This document shows positions 25,151-36,972 of a stretch of 64,000 bases of DNA, piece by piece. How positions within the stretch are numbered: the first letter of the stretch is position 1; each line of letters opens with the position of its first letter. This DNA is from Vicugna vicugna (taxonomy: Eukaryota). Under the pieces are notes generated by a model that worked only from the letters and a program-made list of their open reading frames with translations, ran no database searches and had not been told where the DNA came from. The stretch lies in assembly GCA_013265495.1 (NCBI GenBank), contig MU063554.1:5926574-5990573 (forward strand), read 5' to 3'. Position numbers and translations under genes: made by a program.

Positions 25151-27681
25151 CCTGATTGTGTGAGCAAAGGAACGAGACTTGGGCTGGAATGGTAAACAAG
25201 TTATAAAAGGCTGCAGACTCAGAGGTGAGAAGGCTGGTTAGCCAATGACGGGTAAGATCCCCAGAGGGGGGCAGCCTAAGACAGGCACAGCCGCCTGAGT
25301 CAGAAAGAATGTTGTCAAGCACCTATTTCCCTATATGTTCCGCCCTGATAAGATGTAAGGCTCACTGGCTCCACGACGAGCGTAATCTATCAAAAATATC
25401 AAAGGATCTTAAGATCCTGACCTCAAAACAATCTGTGCATCTAGGGAGTCATAAAATGACATACCATAGTTAAACATTTTCCACATTGTTCTTTTTTGCT
25501 TTACAAGCCTGTGTAGTTTAATTAACTTTTAGAGTAGCCGTCAGCTCTCTCCACATACAGTGTGTGTGTGTGCACATTGATATTGCGGTGCCAACAGACC
25601 ACGTATGTGGACAGCGTGGCCCAGACAATTTACGCATGAAATGAACCATCACATGTGTCATGTGATAGCAGGAGAGAGGGTTGAGCATCACCTCCTCGAG
25701 GGGGCTTGGCTTCTTTCTGGAGTGAAAATCTTTGATTTTGCTGCACAGACACCTCACTTGTATGTCCCAACTCAGAGTCAGAGGTCATGAACATGACCTT
25801 GAACGGGTCTCATCTCACTGTCTGCTCTGCCTTGAGACCATGCCAGCTCATTGCTGCAGTCACAAAGACGCCTACCCCGGCCTCTGGTGAAGGCACTGCG
25901 GGTTGTGGCACTGATGTCTGTGAGAAGGCCCAGCTCACCGTGAACTTGGGCAAATGGGCTTGGTTAAGTCTACAGAGTTGCCTTGGGTGCCTAGTGCTTC
26001 TCAGTCATTTCCCAGAGTCGTTTTTGTACGTGTGCCAATAATCTCCTTGTGTCACATGTCCCTGCCCACCTCCCTCCAGCACGAGGGACACCAGACCTCG
26101 TAATCCTCCAGGGTTGCCCTCTACTGATGGAATCCAGCCCTCAGCATCCTCCGGGAGCATCTTCCCCCTCTGCCTTCACCGTGGACGCACCAGCGAGCAT
26201 TTCTGGGCCTTCCTTCATCTGCTTGTGCTGCTGACACCACTCCCTCCACATCTTCTAGAACAACCCACCTTACAGTTCCTCTCTCAAGTTAGCTCCTTGA
26301 CTGAGCTATTCTCCATGCTGCTCTTGGGACCCCCTCCCCAGGGCTCTCCTTTCTTGGAGCTTGGGTTGTAAGTGGTGATGCAAGTGGCAAGCTCTTTTCT
26401 CGGGCGTTTGAGCATCCTTCTTAAAATGAATGGAAGTTCAAGTCCTGAAGTGACGCCTCTGGGAGTGGATGGGGTTCCTTCAGGGTCATGTCGTCCCCAG
26501 AAAAGAACACTTGTGTCATGTCCCACACCCCACCGGACTTGGACTTTTGGTGGATTTGGGGGACCCTGCCTTCTCTCATCCAGTCCAAGGCTTCTAGACC
26601 TACAGGTGACCCCCAGGCGGCTCCGGCTTCATCATGTCATCTCATGACGAGCAGCCAGCCCCTCGTGCCCCATCACTGGCCCCCAGCCTCCTTCCTGGCC
26701 TTGTACCTTCAGCACTAAGCCTGGGATCCCTACCAGAGCAGTTTTCTTTCACCCTCTGGCCTAGTCTGTTCTGGGTTCTTGCACTGAACTAGCCCACCCA
26801 GGCCAGGTTCTGCCTCTTAGGTATCACCCTTGGGTCAGCCTGATTGGCCAAAGTCTTTGCCAGCTGTGCTCATGGCCGCTGGGTCTGACTTCCCATGTCA
26901 GATGACTGGTTGCCACTAGACCTCATGATCCCGTGTGTCCAAGGGAATCACGGCCAGCCAGGTAGTAGCCACGTCCCAGCTTCTCTCCCTCTCCCTCTCT
27001 CTCTCTCTAACACACACACACACGCACACGTGCCCGCACACACACACACACACCCCATTCTGTGCATGAGTATCCTGTCTCTTTTCCCCTCCTCGGTTTT
27101 ACTTCCTCTCCAGTTGCGGGCCATGATAACTCCCTCATGGAGGGTTGTTGTAAAGATGAAAAGAGACCAGGGTATGGGACAGAGAGGATGCTGTTGACAT
27201 ATTTGGGGGGGCCCTCTGCTTCTCTGGGTACCACCCATTTCCCCTTGGAGCTGAGCAAACACACGGAAGTCCCCGAGGTGATTGTGGGTCCTTACCCTTC
27301 CTCTCCCCACCCTCCCTCTGTGGTGGGGCCAGTCTCCACTCAGGGCTGGCCGGGGGAGTTGGTGTGAATCCTCTTGTGCAGATGAGGGGGGTGGGCTCTG
27401 ACTGCCAGCGGGGCAGGGCGCAAGACCCCTGAGACAGCCCCAGCCTGAGACAGCCCTCCCTCACCTGCTCACACTCCTCAGAACTGCTTCCCTGCGTATG
27501 ACAGCCTTGTTCTATGACAGAAGAGGCGTCAGCCAAATGTCCCTGGAAAGCCCCAAACCCCCACTTCTTAACCCTCTCTGTTCCTGAACAGAAGACCAGC
27601 CATGACCCGGCCCCCCTCCACTCTCAGCCACACTTCCCAGTAGCAAACTCTTTGGATGCACAGATGGTGAATTGTATTCAT

Positions 27682-27687
27682 TTTATT
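27682..27687 (-). terminator. SERPINA14 polyadenylation signal AATAAA
   Basis: tttatt on the + strand, 44 nt after the stop. Confidence 0.75.
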
Positions 27688-27730
27688 CATGACCAGCTAA
27701 GTTCTCACTCAGCACAGCCTGACCCCACTT

Positions 27731-27937
27731 CTACTCAGTTTGGGGGTTGAAGACTTTGCCCATAAAGAGGTCTTTTTGAGTCATCTGATCCTCCAAAACC
27801 AGGAAGAAGGGTCTGTTGAATTTCACGACCACGGGGACCTCCTTCGCGTCCACGGGGACCTTCCACATGGCGGCATCCCTGGCTGCATCTGCCGTCAAGC
27901 CGTGCTCGCTCACCTCTAGCTCAGCATGATGCACAGC
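27731..27937 (-). CDS. SERPINA14: SERPINA14 last coding exon ([15 protein letters not shown]...[13 protein letters not shown]...KVFNPQTE*)
   Basis: Contains the KEVPVVVK motif of uterine serpins. Acceptor tttctcccAG, stop TAG. Total CDS 1269 nt = 422 aa. Confidence 0.96.
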   Translation of the reverse strand, partial: AVHHAELEVSEHGLTADAARDAAMWKVPVDAKEVPVVVKFNRPFFLVLEDQMTQKDLFMGKVFNPQTE

Positions 27938-29079
27938 CTGGGAGAAAAACATGTTCCCTCTTAGCTCTGGGCATGAACTCACCTGACTGGCCGAGAACAC
28001 ATGCCGGGCAGTGTGCCCGGTGATCCCCTCTGACGAGGTCAGGGAGACAGCCTCCCTCCACGGCTCATGGCAGGTGGAGGAAAGCTGACTTCCATTCCTG
28101 GAAAACCTCCCTGGGCTCAGATGTGCTATTGAAAGTCAGATGCCCCCGGGAGGGGTTGGTGATTGTTGAGTTCGGCCTCTCCCAGAGCAGGGCTGGTGAC
28201 TCAAGGAGTTTGCATGTTTAAGAGGGAGGAAAAGGGAAGAAAACACAGAGGAATGCTGAGTGGGCTGAAGGCTTAGAAAAAAAAATCCCACAGAAGAGCT
28301 GAGAGAGGGTCCTTTCATACACTTTCCAGAAGGATATGATGGAAACGGCTAGGGGGCTAGTTTTTGCTGTCTCCCTCCAGGCAAGGCCAATTCTCCCTCC
28401 TTGTGGAAGGACTTGTGCTTGAACGTGCACATGGCCAGGGCATTGCTCGCGTTACTGGTGAGAAGTTCGGCATCTCTCAAACCCAGCCCGGCCTCCAGCA
28501 CTCAGTGCACACTGGTCGGGTGGATTCTGTTTGAATTGGGCACAGTAAGTCACACTTAACACCCACTAGGTTACAGGAAGGACTGTACTCCAGTGGGATC
28601 CCAACCTTGGGAACTCCCTCCGATGTCTGAGTGACAGCTCCCTCATCTCACAGTTAAAGAACAGGACCCCTGCCCTGTCCCCACTCCCCAGGGTCACTGG
28701 GAGACTCAAGCCAGAGAAATAATGAAAAAGTGCTTTGTAATTTGCTCAGTGCTGTAGCACGGTGAGGAACTGTGATTGCTGCTTATGTCCTGGGCCAAAT
28801 GCTACGGGGTGGCCACAGAGTAGACAGCCGGTTAGTGACCTTGGGAGAATAATTGGAAGGCAGCCCCACGTGCCCACTGGGAGAGGTAAAGTGATCTCAT
28901 CAATGCCCCGTGGCATCTGGATGTCTAACAGGCATATCAGGTTTGGCAGAGCTGTTCCCTGCCTGCTCACCCAAACCCAATCCACCTCCATCTATCCTGT
29001 CTCAGGCGTCGGCTCCATTGTTTACCAGGCCTCAGTTTACAAACCTGACTCTTCCTTCCCTACACTTCAGCTTAGTGTT

Positions 29080-29770
29080 CAAAATGTACCCGGAGCCCTC
29101 CCACTGCTGCTAACCCTCCTCTGAGTGCCCCGTCCGACCTCCGTCACCTCTCACCTGGGTTGCCCTCCAGGCTCCCTAACTGGCCTCCCTCTTCCTCCAG
29201 GGCCATTGCCTGCTCTCCATTAGGGCAAAAAGTGGTCTTTTGTAAAGCATAGATCAGCACATGTCAGCCTCAATCGTCGCCCGTGTCAGTCAGAATAAAA
29301 CCCCAGTCCTGTCCAGGACCTGGGAGACCTGCATGTCCAGACCCTGCCTGATTTCTGTCCTTACCTCCTACCAGGCTCTGTCTCACTCCCCATTCTAGCT
29401 GCCTGGGCCCTCTTGCGGCTCCTCAAAAATGTCAAGTTCACATGCCCCCAGGATACACTTGTTCTCTTCACCTGGAACACACATCCCCAGGTGCGGGCCC
29501 CCTTGCTCATTCAGGCGTCTGCGGCAAGGCGAACCCAGCCCACCCCTCTGCCCACTCCACCCCGCATGCTCTTCAGTTTCCCTGCTTCCCCTTCTTTAGA
29601 GAGTGTGCACTGGCGGACGTAAAACCCTCCTGTCTGCCGACGTGCTCACTGTCTGCCCCGTCCAGAGAACGGAACAGCTGTGAGAAGAAGATCTTGTCTG
29701 GCTGCCTCACGACTTTATCGCCAGTACCTCTGAACATGCTTGATGCCATCACTTCTGAATGAACGAATGA
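29080..29770 (+). mobile_element. L2 fragment
   Basis: ctaactggcctccct...tcagaataaaacccca...ttcacctggaacac and a gaatgaacgaatga tail. Confidence 0.6.
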
Positions 29771-29892
29771 CAAAAGAACCCCAAAGCCCGTGGACCCAGG
29801 CAAGTAAGAGTTATAACTGCTGTTTAAAATAATTGTTTTCCAATCAGGACTGTTGGGCATAAAATAAAGACTCTGGAAATTGCCCCACTCAC

Positions 29893-30040
29893 CTCCCAAA
29901 CGGATGGGGCAGCCTTGTCTGCGATGCCCTGGAGGTCTGCTGCTCTAGTGGACTTGTCTCTGATGCCAATCTTGGGAAGCAGATGTCTCAAGTTTATCGT
30001 GGAGGAGATCTTGAACTTGGGCAAAACTAAGTGCACCAAT
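29893..30040 (-). CDS. SERPINA14: SERPINA14 coding exon 3 ((R)LVHLVLPKFKISSTINLRHLLPKIG...APSVWE)
   Basis: 148 bp, acceptor ttcttaacAG, donor GAG|GTGAGT, frame preserved. Confidence 0.93.
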
Positions 30041-31339
30041 CTGTTAAGAATGAAAACAACAAGGAGTGTGAACTAGGTCCCTCTCCTAGGGCCCAGGGTT
30101 GGGTGCGGGGGACCTTGCTTAGGCTTAAAGGCTGCTTCCAAGTGGAAAGGTTAAAAAGGTTTGCTATGAGTGTTTGCTTGGGGGTGATGAAAGATGCTGG
30201 AGTATGAGCTGCAATTTTGAATTTCCAAATAAACCATTGCTCAGAATATAACTTACTGCTCACATGATGTTCTTCCCAGGCTCTCTGCACAAGAGAAGAT
30301 GAGGGTCAGACCAAGGCGATCCAGCCCGGAGTCCCTCCACCTCTCTGTCTGTAAGCAGGGGGTTTAACTGGGCAGTGATCTAAACATGGTAAGGGAGATC
30401 CAGGGCGTAAGGCCACTTTGCCCGAGGTAGAGCAGTGGGAGTCTTCACAGGAGAGGAAGCTCCAGCCCAGATAATAAGCTTTTGAACAGAGAGGAGGAAG
30501 CCTCCTCGTACAGATCAGCAACTCTATGACTAAAGAAGTATCAGAATGCACGGCACCATGTCTCCCGCTCAACAGTTTTTGTTGCTCACAAATCAATACA
30601 TTTTAGCCTGTGTCAGGGTGGTGCTGAGCTTCTGATTGGACAGCGGCCCATTCAGTTGGGTCCCTCTATGGCTGTACCCCTCTGTCCCAACCAGGAACAA
30701 TGTGGGAGACACAACAGTGACAGAAGATGGCAGGTGCACTCTGCGGTGACCCTCCACTATTGGAGTAAACACTATTTGGAGAGTTCTTCCCAATCTACAC
30801 ATTTATTCCTGGAAGATAATACATTGGCTGTCCCCCCACCCCACCACTATGATAGGTGGGCCTTGAAAATCATGCTTTCAGTATGCAATTTATATTTGAT
30901 TGGACCTTGGTGGATACTATACCCACGCTGGATCAATTCAATTCTCTCTTCCAGAAACATGTAATTGGAACTGAAGTTGCCAGATTTACTTTGGAGTGGA
31001 ACGTTTGATTGAATGGAAGAGGGCTGTGTCTGTCCACAGTGGTCTCAGCTTGTAACGCACCTCCTTAGGATCCTTCCCTGACGGTCGTACCTAATTAAGA
31101 TCCCCTAATAATATTCCACTGAATTCTCTGTTGTATCACCCTACTCGTTTTCTCCGTAGCTATTACTAAAAATTGAAATTGCATATTTCTTAGTTAACGA
31201 CCTGCCTCTCCCACCAGATGGAAAATTCCACCATAACAGACGTGTGTTTGGCTAACCATCATATCCCCAGCACCAAGCAATTTCTGGCATAGACTATATG
31301 CTCAGAAAATATTTTTGGGGTGAGTGGATCATGTGCTAA

Positions 31340-31565
31340 AGTGTGTGTGAAAAACTGGTTTGCTGAGCTAGAGAGGTTAGCAGCAAGGACTGGTGACACC
31401 AAGAGAGGTGGAGTTCCAGGGGATGCTGCTGTCCCTGGTTCCGCTCCCTCATGAGACCTGGCTCTGCTTATTCCTATGGGTTCTGGGAAATTCCCATGTA
31501 TCTTTCCAATAAACCCCTCTCTTTACCCACTTTGAACTTATACGAAGCGGGTTTCTGATACTGTA
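31340..31565. mobile_element. ERVL-type LTR fragment (LTR16-like)
   Basis: ccctggttccgctccctcatgagacctggc...ccaataaacccctct...gggtttctgatact resembles the end of the LTR16 class. Confidence 0.4.
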
Positions 31566-31791
31566 CAGGTATTTAAAAGAACCCATAATTAAGAGCGTAA
31601 GGGGCTTCTGGCGGATAGTGGGATTCAGGCCACTATTCTTCCTGTTTGGTTTGTTTCATTTTCTACAAATATGCTAAGAAGTAACCAGATATCAAAATCT
31701 CCTCCTCCCCGAATAAGACTCTGGCTTAGAGGAAGCGAGGTCTGAGCAAAAATTCTATGTGAATCTAGAAGGTGCCTCCAGAACAGCATAC

Positions 31792-32059
31792 CTGAAGTCA
31801 CTGGTTTTCTCAAGTCTGGCTCGCTTAGCAGTCATCTGTCTCAGAACAGAGTCGAATTGTCCTGCATCTGGAAGCACGAGAAGCAGGGACACGTTTCCTC
31901 GGTAGGGCATCTTAACCATGGTAGCCAGCAGCTCCTCTGACCGGCTATAAATCATTCGTTCCGTCTTCTGCATCATGTCCACCTGCACTTTGGTGTTTTC
32001 ATTCACATAGAAGGCCTCCTTCTGCGTGAGGCTGGTCTGAAAAGCTCTTTCCCAAATAC
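31792..32059 (-). CDS. SERPINA14: SERPINA14 coding exon 2 ([44 protein letters not shown]...KTSDF)
   Basis: 268 bp, acceptor tttccccAG, donor AG|GTATGC. VQVDMM.KTERM.YSRSEEL is diagnostic of uterine serpins. Confidence 0.95.
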
Positions 32060-32481
32060 CTGGGGAAATCAGAAAGAAAAAAAGGTCAAAGAGGGATCTG
32101 GTGGAGAAGGCGTCACCACCCGCATGTCTGGGGATCCCAGGGGTGACAGGCTTGGGGAGGAAGCAGTCTATTTACAGCGACACCGTGACCTTAGTGAACA
32201 GAATACTTAAAATTCTAGATTGGTGCAAAGGAAAGAAAGCCAAATAAGCTATTTTGAAAAAGATTCAGCAGAGAATTCCTTTAAATCTGTATTTTGCAAA
32301 AGATGTTTACCCAAAAAACTCACCTCCCTAGTTGTAACACCAAGAAAGGATTTTGTTATTAAAGAATTTAGGAAACATTGATTATAATGTCCTTTCTTTG
32401 AAAATTCCCACTGCATTTGAATGTATTGAGAGTTCAAAGAAGTCCAATGGCAAAGAAATCTGTTTAAAATTGATTGAACTT

Positions 32482-32680
32482 CAGATATACATTACTATAT
32501 ACAAAATAGATAAACAACAAGGACCTACTGTAGAGCACAGGCAACTATAATCAATTTCTTGTAATGAGCCATAACGGAAAAGAAACTGAAAAAAAAAATG
32601 CTTGTATGTATATGTGTAACTGAATCACGTTGCTGTACACCTGAAACTAACATTGTAAATTGACTACACTTCAATTTAAA
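32482..32680 (+). mobile_element. 5'-truncated cetartiodactyl-type L1 3' end with TSD
   Basis: aaaatagataaacaacaaggacctactgtagagcacagg...ttgctgtacacctgaaactaacattgtaaattgactacacttcaat-A tail. TSD AAAATTGATTGAACTT / AAATTTGATTTAACTT. Confidence 0.85.
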
Positions 32681-33249
32681 AAATTTGATTTAACTTATTT
32701 AAGGAGGGAAACTTCTCATCAGAAAGACACATGCCTGTGCAAAATCCTACTTTAAGTAATAGACTTCTGCAGTGGATTTAAAAGAAGATTCAGTGTACAC
32801 ACCAGTTAAAAAATGTACCTGTCACTGAGAGTGAGGGCCATCTGGGCAAGTCTGGGAAACCTCTACAAGCGTCAGCCTTGCTTCTGAGTTAGTAGCCGGG
32901 TTCATGATCCCCTCTGCTCTGTTTCTACTACTTGCCCTCTGAAGAGTGATATAGATAAAGCTTTTGGGAAGATTTAAGAGGGAATCATGCTAGAGGGTTC
33001 CCTGGAATATCCAGAGAAATGGCTCCTCCAAGATCATTTGTGCCGCACTTTCTATGCCCCGGGCACCCAGTTTGGAACTGTGGGTCCAAATACGAATAAC
33101 ATGGTCCCAGTAGCTTGAGCAAGCACCTGTGCTGAGAAGTGTTGTTTTATGAGAATTTCCCTCACTTATCATGCAAAGGACAGACAGTCTTCATGTCCTG
33201 GTAGCAACCCTGTTTAAGCCATAATACGATGGCTATTAATTGACTCTTT

Positions 33250-34390
33250 CAAGTCAAAAATTTCTTGAGCTTCTAAAATGTGCCAGGTACCATACTGAGC
33301 ACTGAGGTTATAGCAGTGAATAAAACAGGAGAGGCCTGTGTCCTCATGGGGTCTACTCTCCAAGGGGGATGGAGAGAGAAAAGCAACCCACTCTAAGTGA
33401 TTCAGAATATGATGAGTATTAGGAAAGACTCAAGTAAGGAGCTGAGCAGTAGCGCAGACGGACTTACTCTGGATGGCCAGGGAAGGCCTCCTTGCTGGGA
33501 AGGGGGCCATTTAGGACTGAGGCTTAAAAGAAGAGGGTGCCCCATCTGGCAAAGAATGGGAGGAAGGACATTCCTAAGGAAGGAACATCATAGGCCTTTT
33601 TAAGGAAGAAGGGAAGGTCATCGTGGGCGAGGCGTAAGGCATGAAAGGGGTAGAGATGGGGAGACCCTGGAGGGACCAGCAGAACTCAAAGCACACACAG
33701 ACCGCTCTGGGTGGGATCACATTCCAAGTGCAGCAGGACTCTACAGGAAGGCTTTAGTCGGGGGAATAAGGCGATTTTATATTTTAAGAAGATTGTTCTG
33801 GCCAGTGGAGCGGGATTAGAGGCAGGCATGAATGAAAACAGAGTCATTAGACAACAGGGGCAAGTCATGTAGGTAAGACTTAGTGGTGACCTGGGCTAGG
33901 AATATGGTAGATGAGATGGTGAGAAGCCAACACATTTAAGATAAACTTTGTAGGGGGAGGATATAGCTCAGTGGTAGAGTGCGTGCTTAGCATGCATGAG
34001 GTCATGGGTTCAATACCCAGTACCTCTGTTAAATTAGAAAAATTTTTTTTTAAAAAGCTAAACTTTGCAGGCAGAATCCATAGGACTTGCTGTGTTTGGA
34101 GACTGAGGGACTGTTTTATCTGGAGCAGGTGGGTGGATGGCTCTGTGATTCTCTGGGGTATGGAGAACGTTAAAAGGGTGCAAGGTTTGGGGACTGTGTT
34201 TGGGAGTCTGTGCAACATCCAGAAGAGATGTCAGTAGGCAGATGTGTATTAGAGTTTGGACCTCAGAAGAAGTGGCCCAGGCTGTATCTAGAGATGGGAG
34301 AACATCAGAGTGCAGGCGGTATTTGAGGCCACAAGCCCAGATGATGCAGGAGACACCTTTTAGAAGTCAGAAGAGGAGAAACCAGTAAAG
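33250..34390 (-). mobile_element. L2 fragment (split by the SINE at 33955)
   Basis: Purine-rich reverse L2 sequence continues on both sides of the SINE. Confidence 0.6.
33955..34054 (+). mobile_element. tRNA-Ala-derived SINE (Vic-1 type, short tail) in SERPINA14 intron
   Basis: tRNA-Ala-like head with a 17-bp TSD AAGATAAACTTTGTAGG / AAGCTAAACTTTGCAGG. Confidence 0.9.
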
Positions 34391-35166
34391 GGGGAAAAGT
34401 CATGAGCTATGGGGTAAGAGGAAAGTTGGGGGAGTCCTCGGGCATGGAAGATGGAAGGGGACACACCCTGAGGAGGGGGAGGGGACAAGTGCTTCTTGGC
34501 TGTGACAGAATTGGAAAGCAGAAGGAGATGCGTGTGAGTGTGGGCAGGCTCCGGGCTGAGCATGTGGAGGACATTGTCTAAACTGCCTTCTTGTCCCCAT
34601 TGGGACAGGAGGAGAGGCCATTGGCTGAGAGTCCATAGAGGAAGGAGACTGAGGAAGAGGAGGAAGAGGGCATCACTAGATGTCGGTGAGTAGCAATTGT
34701 GAACCCACCTGAAGAAGCACAGGCAACGTCAAGATCTGTGACCAGGAATTTAAGGTGATATTTTAGACACCTGGTGTGTGACCCCAAATTCAACACTGAA
34801 TGCAGCTTGGGAAAATATCTCATCTCACTCTGATCTGATCTTACAAAACAAGTGAATTAGCTGATGCTCATGCCTCTGCAAAAACGATTCTGTTTTTCTT
34901 TTTTACCAGCAAGAGGTACGCGTTCTACTCCAAAATCTCTGAAGCATGGCAAACAAGAGGACTGAGAGGGTTAAGAAGGGAAACACTGGAAGACGCTAGA
35001 CAACACAATGGTATCAGAGTAAATTCAGAAGTTTTGGATCTAGTGGCTTATGGGCAAATGGGAGATACTTACAAAAATTATATATATTTTTCTGACTTAA
35101 ATCTTTTAGGAAACACAAGGGCAAAGATTACCCCAAAGGGGAATTCATGCACTTAATCAACCTCAC

Positions 35167-35812
35167 CTCTGAAGAAAACGTAGTTGACAAGATACAGGAC
35201 GGTCTGAGGGTCCAGATTGGTGATTAAGTCTTTGATTCTCTGTTGTGTTTTTTCAGCCACTTGGTTGTTGATGGCCATCTTGGTTCTTTCTGTATCTTTA
35301 AAGTCAATCATCTGGACGTCCACATCATTTATCTTGTCTATCTCCTGCAGAAACATCTGGTTGGTCCTCCTGTTGCTATCAACAAAGAGAATGTCCTTGT
35401 GCCTCAGTTGCTGCTGATTATCCAGCTTGTTCAGCATCTGGATAAGAAGCTGCAAGTCCTGTTGTGTGTCCAACACTCGGATTTTTTTGAGCTCGAGTCC
35501 CAGGCCCTCAATGAGGTTGGTGTGCGTTGTGAATCTGGTCCTCAGGGAGAGGATGGCCAGGGCGATGGAGATGCTCACGGGGGAGAAGATGATATTCTTT
35601 CTAGGATCTTCAATTAACAGAGCCCTGAACAATTTTTGGGCAAAAGCTTCATCACCAGTTTCCGTCTTCTGGGAGAGAGATGGAATTTTCTCTAATAAGA
35701 CTGGGTAAATGCTCTGTTGGGAGTTTCTTTGATTTTCACAGAAGATGCCATTAAAAAGGCCACAGAGGATGAGGACCAGAGACAGCGCCAGATGCATTTT
35801 CCTGTGGGACAT
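35167..35812 (-). CDS. SERPINA14: SERPINA14 (uterine milk protein / uterine serpin) coding exon 1
   Basis: MSHRKMHLALSLVLILCGLFNGIFCE...IEDPRKNIIFSP...LVNYVFFR matches the uterine serpin N-terminus. Donor G|GTGAGG. 646 bp, phase 1. Confidence 0.95.
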
Positions 35813-36972
35813 TTCTGCAACAATCCTGAGAGCTGTTATTGGAAAGAAGAGGTACACGGCTGAGCATTCTGTGGAACATGTTCTCAATGCTGCGGGGCTT
35901 GAAAAACGCTCATTCTTAGATGGGTGCTGTTTGCCTGGGTAGTGTTGCTATTAGTTGTTGATTGGAGGATGCTAGCTAGGAGGATTTTGAACATGACTTC
36001 AAACAAATTAAAGATGAGTGACCTGATGAAGAGGGATCTGGGTCTGTCTCTAGCCTACGCTGCAAGTGAGTCATTGTACAAGTTCCTTCTCCAAACACAC
36101 TGGGGTTTCTTTTATCTTTTTCCTTTGCTTTTCTTCCTTTTTTTATTCAGGGTTCATGACAAAATTCTAAAAATTGTGGAAAGGAAAGAACCAAGAGGAG
36201 GGAGATAGCAAGGGTTGCAGATTCAAATGCCTACCTGATCTGGCCAGAAACATACATGCGTCAAGACAGCAAGTGTAATGCAATAGTGAGCACCGGGGAC
36301 TGCGGAAAATGGAGAGGTGTGCCCAGGCCGAAGGGTACAGGTGCTGCTCATCCCCAGCCACCTCCCTGTGGGAGTGCTGGGTCAGTGGTGCCAGCTTTTT
36401 TGTCTGTCTGTTTCTGAGGCAGGCAGAAATCTAGATTTTTACCCACAAAATTCAATCTTGCCAAAAGCCCTTGCTAGCAGCAGGAAGCCCAGATGCAGGC
36501 CAGATCTTACTTTAGAGCTGCTGGTGTGATTTCTAAAGTAAAGCCCAGGTGGTGTTTAGGCAACTCGGACATCAGCTGGCCCAAGGGCCTAGCAGAGGTC
36601 GTCTCAGGAAAGCCAGGCCCCCTCACTTGGGCCCTCCCTATGCTCGCAGCTACTTCCCCTTAACCACTGTCAGGGCAAAAACCCCTTCCTGGCTCCATAT
36701 GTGCCCCCACCTCATGATTGCCAGAGACCAAAATCAGGCCTTGAAACTGAAGGGGGCACGGATGGTGGAACTTCCGCTCCCACCAATGGGAAGAGGGAAG
36801 ACGAGAACCGTGACCTGCATTTGCGTTCAAGCCTCACCTCTTTTGGGCAGGGCCATGCCCTCCCCTTCCTTGTTTTCCTGTGGTACCTAGTCCAGCTCTG
36901 GGCACAGGGTCCACTTCTCTGCAGCATCCCTGCCACCACTGGCGCCCCTTGTCACGGCGACTGAAATAACAT

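Noticed and set aside
35873-35884. GGAACATGTTCT as a progesterone response element for SERPINA14
   Set aside because: Half-sites have zero spacing instead of the required 3 bp. I found no canonical PRE near the promoter by eye.
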